From: Edaphobacter aggregans
Lineage (GTDB): Bacteria > Acidobacteriota > Terriglobia > Terriglobales > Acidobacteriaceae
DNA length: 32,000 nucleotides
Assembly (NCBI RefSeq): GCF_003945235.1
Contig: NZ_RSDW01000001.1
Location: forward strand, 3,150,001 to 3,182,000
Direction of reading: 5' to 3'
In this document: positions 25,843 through 32,000 of the stretch, piece after piece
How positions within the stretch are numbered: position 1 is the stretch's first letter
How the letters are laid out: each line of letters starts with the position of its first letter
Notes under the pieces: model-generated
The model's database searches: none
What the model was told of the DNA's origin: nothing
What the model saw: only the letters and a program-made list of their open reading frames with translations
Translations under genes and position numbers: made by a program

Positions 25843-28800
25843 ATGGGCCTGTTCGTTCCTCCTCAACCCGCGCCGCCCCTCCTGCCACGCCTGAGCCGCC
25901 GCGCCCGACTCGCCCTGCTCTCTATCGCCATCTCTCCGCTGACATCTTCTCCAGCCCAGTCGATCCCCTTTGCAACTCCTGCCAACACTCTCGGGGCGCA
26001 GCCGTCCTCCGAGACTCCAGCCCATGTCTTCCGCGCGCGCCGTTTTCTCGCTGGGCGCATCCCCGGCGGCAACACCTCCGCGGCGCAAGCCATGGACGCC
26101 GCCCGTCAACAACAGGCCCGGACATTTCTCCAACTCGCCGCGCAGCCTCGCGATACCAGCCTCGGGGTAACGTGGCAGCCACTCGGTCCAAACCAGATAG
26201 CCAGCACAACCTACGGCAACGTCACTGGTCGCGTCACTGCCATAGCCATCGACCCGGCCGACCAAACAGGCAACACCGTCTACCTGGGAACCACTGGCGG
26301 AGGCGTCTGGAAGTCCACCAACGCCGCCGGACCAGCCGCAAGCGTAACCTTTACGCCGCTCACTGACACTTTGCCCGTCTTCAACGCCAACGTCGGCACA
26401 GCCACCATCCCCTCGCTCAGTATCGGTGCCATCAGCGTGAACTCCGGCATCATCCTCGCTGGGACCGGCGACCCCAACGACGCCACCGACTCCTTCTACG
26501 GCAACGGCATCCTGCGCTCCACCGACGGTGGTCTCACCTGGACCCTCATCAAAGGCTCGCAGGACGGAACCACCGGAGCGCACTCCTTCCTGGGCCTGGG
26601 GTTCGCTGGATTCGCCTGGGGTGGGACACCCAGCACCACCTCCGGCCTCGTCGTCGCCGCTGTCTCGCAGGCAGCCGAAGGCACGCTCGTCAACGCCTCC
26701 AACCAGCTCAGCAGCGTCATGGGCCTCTACTACTCCACTGACTCTGGCGCGACCTGGCAGATGTCGACTGTCATGGACGGCAGCCAGACCGTGCAGACCC
26801 CGCAAACCAACGGCCTCGACGCCGGAGGCAACGCCGCAACCTCGGTCGTTTGGAACCCCATCCGTCAGCGCTTCTACGCCGCCGTCCGCTACCATGGCTA
26901 CTACGAGTCCGCCGACGGGATCACTTGGACGCGCCTCACGCATCAACCGGGCACCGGCCTCAGCACGACCGCCTGCCCTACCAGCCCCGGCACAACCGGC
27001 AGCGTCGCCTGTCCCATCTTTCGCGGAGCCCTCGCCGTCCAGCCAGTCACTGGCGATACCTTCGCTCTCACCGTCGACCGCAACAATGTTGATCAGGGCC
27101 TCTGGCAAGATCAGTGCACGCTCTCCGGAACAACCTGCACGAGCGCCATCACCTTTGGCACTCAGCTCTCGTCATCACCACTCGAGACCGGCTCCAGTAA
27201 CGCCACGGTCCCACAAGCCGACTACAACCTGACCCTCGCCGCCATCCCATCAGGCTCCGGCCCCACGCAGGACACGACCCTCTACGCCGGAACCATCGAC
27301 CTCTACCGCTGCGGGCTAGCCGCCGGGTGTACTCTCCGCAACACCACCAACGCCCTCAACGGATGCGCTGCCCCCGCAATGGTCGCGCCCGCCCAACACG
27401 CAATCGCACTCCTCGCAACATCCACCCAACCGCTTCTCTACCTAGGCAACGACGGCGGCCTCTGGCGTTCCACCGACGGCGTCAACCAGCAATCCACTCC
27501 CTGCTCCTCCGACGACGCCACCCACTTCCAAAACCTCAACTCCGGCCTCGGCTCCCTCGCTGAAATCGTCAGCTTCGCCCAGCACCCCACCGATCCCGCC
27601 ACGCTACTCGTCGGCCTCGGCGCAAACGGCATCGCTGCAGCCTCCGCATCAACATCCGGGGCATGGCCGCAGCTATCAGCAGGCGAGGGTGGCACCGTCG
27701 CCATTGACCCAGCCAATCCCTCGCTCTGGTACGTCTCGACCGCCGCAGGCGTCAGCATTCGCCAGTGCACCCTCGGAGCAAGCTGCACCGCCGCCAACTT
27801 CACCGGGACGCCAACCATCGGCGCAGCTCAGACCTCCAGCGACGCCTCGCTCATCGATGCCCCCTGGCTCCTCGACCCCGCGCTCACCTCCGACGTCATC
27901 ATTGGAACCTGCCGCATCTGGCGAGGCTCAGCCTCCACAGGAGCCTCCTGGTCGCCCTCCAACGCTATCAGCAATCTGCTCGGAGGCACCCAAACCACCG
28001 CCTGCACCACGAACCCCTCCGTACGATCCCTCGCAGCCGCCGGTCCCGCAAGCAGCTCCACTTCTGCGCAGAACGCCGGCTCCCAAATCCTCTATGCCGG
28101 CCTGGCTGGCACTCTCGACGGCGGCGGTACCTTGGGAGGCCATCTCTTTGCCACCACCAGCGGGGGCACCGCAACCAACACTACCCCATGGACCGATATC
28201 GCAACGTCGACCGTTACAAATATCGCCGTGGGCATCTTCAATCCTGGCGGTTTTGACATCTCTTCCCTCGCTGCCGACCCGCACGACGCCACTGGCAAGA
28301 CGATCTACTCCACTGTCATGGGCTTTGTCGGCAACGGTATCAACGCGGCACACCTCTATCGCTCCACTACTGGCGGCGCGAGCTGGACCAACATCACCAG
28401 TAACCTCCCCAACGCCCCGGCAAACAGCGTCGTGGTCGATCCCAACGACGCCAACACGCTCTACGTCGCGCTCGACACCGGCGTCTACGTCACCACACAG
28501 GTCGCCACCTGCAGCACCGGCAACTGCTGGAGCATCTATGGCACAAGCCTCCCCAACGCACCCGTCATTGCCCTGACAGCCTCAGCGACCCTCCCTACCG
28601 GAGACGGCCGCGTCGGCGAACTCCGCGCCGCCACCTATGGACGAGGCCTCTGGCAGATCCCGCTCCTCACAGCCGCCACCACCGCGCAGCCCTCCATCAA
28701 CCTCAATCCCCCATCGCTCGCCTTCGCCACACAGGCAGTCGCAACAGCCAGCGATCCGCAAACCATCACGGTTACAAATACAGGCACAGCCCCACTAACC

Positions 28801-30453
28801 GTAACCCAAGTCACAGTCACTGGAGACTTCACCGAGACCAACACCTGCACCGCCGCACCCATCGCAGTCAACACCACCTGCACCATCAATGTGACCTTCG
28901 CGCCCACAGCCACCGGCAGCCGAAAAGGCACCCTTACGGTCTACGGTAACGTCGCCGGAGGCCAGGCCACAGCAGCACTCTCCGGAAACGGCTCTCCCGC
29001 TGCGCCCATCGTCTTAACGCCGCTCGCCCTCACCTTCCCGTCAACAACGATTAACGCCACCACCACGGCGCAAAACATCACCATCTCCAACACCAGCGCC
29101 ACAACGCTCGCCCTGCAGATCCCAACCATCACTGGCGATTTCCGCATCTCCGTCAACACCTGCGGCTCATCACTCCCACCCAGCACCGGCTGCACCGTCT
29201 CGATCACCTTCACCCCCACCGCCTCTGGCACCCGCACCGGCACCTTCACCATCACCGACGACGCAGGCACCCAGACCGCGTCGCTCTCCGGCACCGGAAC
29301 TGCTCCTGCAACCGATGCCCTCTCCGCCCAGTCACTCACCTTTGGCTTGCAGCAGCTCACCACCTCCAGCCCCCCACAAACCATCACCCTCACCAACTCT
29401 GGAGACGTAGCCCTCACCCTCATCGCCGCTCAAATTACCAACGGCGACTTCAGCGTCGTCAACACCTGCGGCAACTCGCTCAACGCCCACGCCTCCTGCT
29501 CCGTCAGCGTCATCTTTCAGCCGGAGAGCGTCGGCCCCATCACCGGCACCCTCACCATCTCCGACCAGTACCGCACCCAACCCATCTCTCTCTCCGGCAC
29601 CGGAGTCGCACCTCCCGGCGTCTCCCTCTCGCCCGCCTTTGGCATCAACTTCCCATCCACCGGCGTTGGCATCGCAGCGCTTTCACCCATCGTCACCCTG
29701 ACCAACAACGGCGGCCTCCCCCTCACCATTACCAACACAACCGTCACCGGCGACTTCGCCATCGTACCCGGCACCAACAACTGCGGGGCCACTCTCGCCG
29801 TCGGCGCTGCCTGCACCCTGCAACTAGCCTTCACTCCAACCATCGGCGGCCCGCGCACCGGCACCCTCACCCTCACCGACAACTCGCCTACCTCACCCCA
29901 CACCCTCTCGCTCACCGGTACCGGAGTCGACTTCGCCCTCACACCCGACGGCAACACAACCGTCACCACCCAGAGCGGCCAAAACGCAGTCTTCCCGCTG
30001 CTGCTAAGCCCAGCCGCCAACGTCCCCGGCACCCTCACCGCCACTTTCGCCTGCACCGGAGTCCCCGCCAACTCCACCTGCACGGTCACCCCATCCAGCA
30101 CGACCCTCGACGCCCCAAAGACAATCTCAGTCACCATCCTGACCGGCATAGCCAACACCTCTCAGGCCGCACGCCATCAAAACCGCACTCTCTGGCTCGT
30201 CCTGCTGCTCCCCACCGCATTGCTCGTCCTCCGCAAAAGCCGCCCCCTTCCACGCCTGATCTGCACCTTTGCGCTAAGCTGCCTTCTCGCAAGCTCAGGC
30301 TGCGGAACTGGCCGGCGCATCCCCGGCTCCGACAACTCGGATCCCACCCAGCCAGCCCAGACAATAACGCCCGCTGGAACTTACACCATCGTCGCCTCAG
30401 CCACCAGCGCAGGCCTCACCCGCACCATCAGCCTCACCCTCATTGTCCAATAA
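25843..30453 (+). CDS. Giant secreted/cell-surface protein: signal peptide, Asp-box (BNR-like) beta-propeller region, tandem Cys-pair Ig-like repeats (choice-of-anchor-D-like), C-terminal double hydrophobic segment
   Basis: 1536 aa. The signal peptide is RLSRRARLALLSIAISPLTSSPAQS. Nt ~26160-28670 encode Asp-box-like motifs (RSTDGGLTW, YSTDSGATW, ESADGITW, RSTDGVNQ, RSTTGGASW) and GGGVWKST / GGLWRST turns. Four clear ~95-aa repeats plus one degenerate repeat follow. The C-terminus carries two hydrophobic segments separated by RKSRPLPR. Composition is strongly Thr/Ala/Ser/Gly/Pro-rich. Confidence 0.8.
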   Translation: MGLFVPPQPAPPLLPRLSRRARLALLSIAISPLTSSPAQSIPFATPANTLGAQPSSETPAHVFRARRFLAGRIPGGNTSAAQAMDAARQQQARTFLQLAAQPRDTSLGVTWQPLGPNQIASTTYGNVTGRVTAIAIDPADQTGNTVYLGTTGGGVWKSTNAAGPAASVTFTPLTDTLPVFNANVGTATIPSLSIGAISVNSGIILAGTGDPNDATDSFYGNGILRSTDGGLTWTLIKGSQDGTTGAHSFLGLGFAGFAWGGTPSTTSGLVVAAVSQAAEGTLVNASNQLSSVMGLYYSTDSGATWQMSTVMDGSQTVQTPQTNGLDAGGNAATSVVWNPIRQRFYAAVRYHGYYESADGITWTRLTHQPGTGLSTTACPTSPGTTGSVACPIFRGALAVQPVTGDTFALTVDRNNVDQGLWQDQCTLSGTTCTSAITFGTQLSSSPLETGSSNATVPQADYNLTLAAIPSGSGPTQDTTLYAGTIDLYRCGLAAGCTLRNTTNALNGCAAPAMVAPAQHAIALLATSTQPLLYLGNDGGLWRSTDGVNQQSTPCSSDDATHFQNLNSGLGSLAEIVSFAQHPTDPATLLVGLGANGIAAASASTSGAWPQLSAGEGGTVAIDPANPSLWYVSTAAGVSIRQCTLGASCTAANFTGTPTIGAAQTSSDASLIDAPWLLDPALTSDVIIGTCRIWRGSASTGASWSPSNAISNLLGGTQTTACTTNPSVRSLAAAGPASSSTSAQNAGSQILYAGLAGTLDGGGTLGGHLFATTSGGTATNTTPWTDIATSTVTNIAVGIFNPGGFDISSLAADPHDATGKTIYSTVMGFVGNGINAAHLYRSTTGGASWTNITSNLPNAPANSVVVDPNDANTLYVALDTGVYVTTQVATCSTGNCWSIYGTSLPNAPVIALTASATLPTGDGRVGELRAATYGRGLWQIPLLTAATTAQPSINLNPPSLAFATQAVATASDPQTITVTNTGTAPLTVTQVTVTGDFTETNTCTAAPIAVNTTCTINVTFAPTATGSRKGTLTVYGNVAGGQATAALSGNGSPAAPIVLTPLALTFPSTTINATTTAQNITISNTSATTLALQIPTITGDFRISVNTCGSSLPPSTGCTVSITFTPTASGTRTGTFTITDDAGTQTASLSGTGTAPATDALSAQSLTFGLQQLTTSSPPQTITLTNSGDVALTLIAAQITNGDFSVVNTCGNSLNAHASCSVSVIFQPESVGPITGTLTISDQYRTQPISLSGTGVAPPGVSLSPAFGINFPSTGVGIAALSPIVTLTNNGGLPLTITNTTVTGDFAIVPGTNNCGATLAVGAACTLQLAFTPTIGGPRTGTLTLTDNSPTSPHTLSLTGTGVDFALTPDGNTTVTTQSGQNAVFPLLLSPAANVPGTLTATFACTGVPANSTCTVTPSSTTLDAPKTISVTILTGIANTSQAARHQNRTLWLVLLLPTALLVLRKSRPLPRLICTFALSCLLASSGCGTGRRIPGSDNSDPTQPAQTITPAGTYTIVASATSAGLTRTISLTLIVQ
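28711..29925 (+). repeat. Four tandem, diverged ~95-100-codon intragenic repeats (Ig-like domains), inside the 25843..30453 CDS
   Basis: Repeat units run about 28711-28992, 29014-29298, 29320-29604 and 29617-29925. Each reads L-x-F...Q-x-ITxTNxG...L-x-(I/V)...(I/V)TGDF...N-x-C-x9-10-C-x-(I/V)-x-(I/V)-x-F-x-P...G-x-(R/I)-x-GT(L/F)T(I/V)...SL(S/T)G(T/N)G. Short nucleotide strings recur, such as accggcaccctcacc. A fifth, degenerate unit follows (29926-~30140). Confidence 0.7.
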
Positions 30454-30561
30454 AGCCCCTCTATCTTCCGGAATAGTTCTCAAGAAAGGCTGGCTCAAAC
30501 ACCGTGTCCAGATTATCCTGAGCCTCTCCCCACATCCTCAGTTCTCCAGAACGGATCGTCG

Positions 30562-31206
30562 ATGACGCCCTCCGCCGTGATCACCACCGCGCCCCCTCGC
30601 CGTACAAGCTACGCAAAAGCCGCCCTCTGGACCGTCATGGCCCTCATGACGCTCTCCGTTATCATCCTCAGCGAGATCCCGCTCTTCAAGCTCACTCACC
30701 CCCGTCATCTCCACCTCGTTTCTATCCGCTGGATGCTCATTCCCCATGCCCTCGCCGGAACGACGGCCACCCTTATCGGCCCATTGCAATTCTCCACGCG
30801 CCTACGTTCCCGGCACCTGACCCTGCATCGCATTCTAGGACGCGTCTACGTCGTTGCTATCCTCATTGCGGCACCACTCGCCATCTACATCGCGACCATC
30901 AATCATCAGCCGGCTATCTTCTATACAGGAACCATCGTCCAGTCGGGCTCCTGGATCGTCACCACCCTTGCTGCCTTCCTCGCCGCCCGCAACCGTCACA
31001 TCCAGCAGCATCGTCAGTGGGTGGTTCGCTCCTACGCCGTCACCTTCACCTTCATCCTCGTGCGCGTTCTCAATCCAGTCCCCGCTTGGTACAACCTAAG
31101 CGACGACGCCTTTGGAGCAGCCATCCTGGTCATCGTCTTCCTCGCCCTTCTCATCCCTGACCTGGCCTTCCACTGGCGCGAACTCACCACCCGTCGCGCA
31201 CGATAA
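30562..31206 (+). CDS. DUF2306 family membrane protein
   Basis: 214 aa, about 6 TM helices. HALAGTTATLIGPLQFSTRLRSRHLTLHRILGRVYV and ...NRHIQQHRQWVVRSYAVTF fit the DUF2306 pattern (PLQF...R...HR-x-x-GR-x-Y ... H-R-x-W-x-x-R-x-Y). Confidence 0.7.
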   Translation: MTPSAVITTAPPRRTSYAKAALWTVMALMTLSVIILSEIPLFKLTHPRHLHLVSIRWMLIPHALAGTTATLIGPLQFSTRLRSRHLTLHRILGRVYVVAILIAAPLAIYIATINHQPAIFYTGTIVQSGSWIVTTLAAFLAARNRHIQQHRQWVVRSYAVTFTFILVRVLNPVPAWYNLSDDAFGAAILVIVFLALLIPDLAFHWRELTTRRAR

Positions 31207-31208
31207 CG

Positions 31209-32000
31209 TCAAACAACCTGCCCCGCGCTAAACCCCGAGGCCCACGCCCACTGGAAGTTATACCCACCCAGCCACCCGGTCACATCGACCACCTCGCCGA
31301 TAAAGTAGAGTCCCTGAACCTTGCGGCTCTGCATCGTCTTCGCGTCCAACTCCGCCGTATCCACGCCACCGGCAGTCACCTCAGCCTTGGCATACCCCTC
31401 CGTTCCAGCCGGAGTCACGCGCCACGCATGAAGCCCACGCTCCATGCCGGCCAGCGAGTGATTCGTCCAGTCAGAAGGCTCGTTCAACGCAACCCAGCGC
31501 TCTGCCATCCGCCCCGGCAGCACAGCGCGCAAAGCCAGCGTAGCCGCACCGGAATCCCGCCGAGCATTCCGCTCCAGCAGCGGAGCCATGACCGAAGCCC
31601 CCGGCGCAATGTCGAGCTCAATAGCCTCACCTGGACGCCAGTACGACGACACCTGCAGGATCGCTGGCCCACTCAACCCGCGATGCGTCACCAGCATCTT
31701 CTCCCGGAAGTTCCCCCGCCGCTTCGCCGCCCCAGCCGTCGCCACCACCTCAGTCGAGACACCTGAAAGAGCGCACCACCTCTCGCGATCGTCCGCACTG
31801 AACACCAGCGGCACCAAACCCGGGCGGCACTCGATAATCCGCAGCCCAAACTGCTCGGCAATCCCATACCCAAACCCGGTCGCCCCCATCTTCGGAATCG
31901 ACAATCCACCCGTAGCAATCACCACCGACTCCGCGCGAAAAACACCCTCCGAAGTCTCAACCCGAAACTCCCCATCCCGAACCACCGAAAGAATCCGCAC
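31209..32000 (-). CDS. BaiN/RdsA (HI0933/YhiN-like) NAD(P)/FAD-dependent oxidoreductase, C-terminal ~263 aa; 5' end outside the window
   Basis: VIATGGLSIPKMGATGFGYGIAEQFGL and the C-terminal GEVVDVTGWLGGYNFQWAWASGFSAG are characteristic of the HI0933-like flavoprotein family. The ORF runs to the window edge, so the apparent first codon is only the frame start. Confidence 0.85.
   Translation of the reverse strand: MRILSVVRDGEFRVETSEGVFRAESVVIATGGLSIPKMGATGFGYGIAEQFGLRIIECRPGLVPLVFSADDRERWCALSGVSTEVVATAGAAKRRGNFREKMLVTHRGLSGPAILQVSSYWRPGEAIELDIAPGASVMAPLLERNARRDSGAATLALRAVLPGRMAERWVALNEPSDWTNHSLAGMERGLHAWRVTPAGTEGYAKAEVTAGGVDTAELDAKTMQSRKVQGLYFIGEVVDVTGWLGGYNFQWAWASGFSAGQVV

Noticed and set aside
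25780-27108. 442-aa ORF antisense to the 5' part of the giant gene
   Set aside because: It is a Gly/Ala/Arg/Asp-rich low-complexity translation. The sense frame has a signal peptide and Asp-box motifs.
27689-28576. 295-aa alternative-frame + ORF inside the giant gene
   Set aside because: It is an extremely Pro/Ser/Thr-rich out-of-frame product of a C-rich coding region, with no start context.
28711-29925. Regularly spaced repeats considered as a possible CRISPR or satellite array
   Set aside because: The period is ~290-310 nt and the repeats lie in frame inside a long ORF. They are conserved at protein rather than DNA level, so they are protein domain repeats and not a CRISPR array.

Overview
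This is a GC-rich bacterial chromosomal window. Gene content and protein sequences look acidobacterial, but that is an inference I cannot verify here.

Layout:
- 2-559 (+): partial GT2/GT21 glycosyltransferase.
- 556-2445 (-): ArnT/PMT-like GT-C transferase.
- 2543-3631 (+): Rieske non-haem-iron oxygenase.
- 3793-4278 (+): small Cys-rich hypothetical protein.
- 4365-6128 (-): CHASE3-PAS histidine kinase.
- 6219-8813 (-): long-form GH57 glycoside hydrolase.
- 8911-9324 (-): DUF2809-like membrane protein.
- 9338-10048 (-): AlkA-like HhH-GPD glycosylase.
- 10049-10484: a 436-bp intergenic region of visibly lower GC.
- 10485-24075 (+): a 13.6-kb, 12-gene respiratory cluster. It holds alternative complex III (actABCDEF), one uncharacterised single-pass membrane ORF, SCO1/SenC, and cytochrome c oxidase subunits II (cyt c fused), I (A2-type), III and IV. 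A canonical intrinsic terminator closes it.
- 24168-25604 (+): class II CPD photolyase.
- 25843-30453 (+): a 1536-aa secreted protein with an Asp-box propeller, tandem Cys-pair Ig-like repeats and an odd double-hydrophobic C-terminus.
- 30562-31206 (+): DUF2306 membrane protein.
- 31209-32000 (-): partial BaiN/HI0933-type flavoprotein.

I recognised no rRNA, tRNA, CRISPR array, transposase, integrase or phage gene.

I do not see a convincing new multi-gene system such as a defence island. Most of the window is core respiration and housekeeping. The items most worth a second look are:
- the uncharacterised ORF translationally coupled to actF;
- the giant surface protein and its C-terminal anchor;
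- the long structured leader region upstream of actA;
- a strand-consistent flip in silent-site G/C preference that brackets roughly 0.56-24.1 kb.
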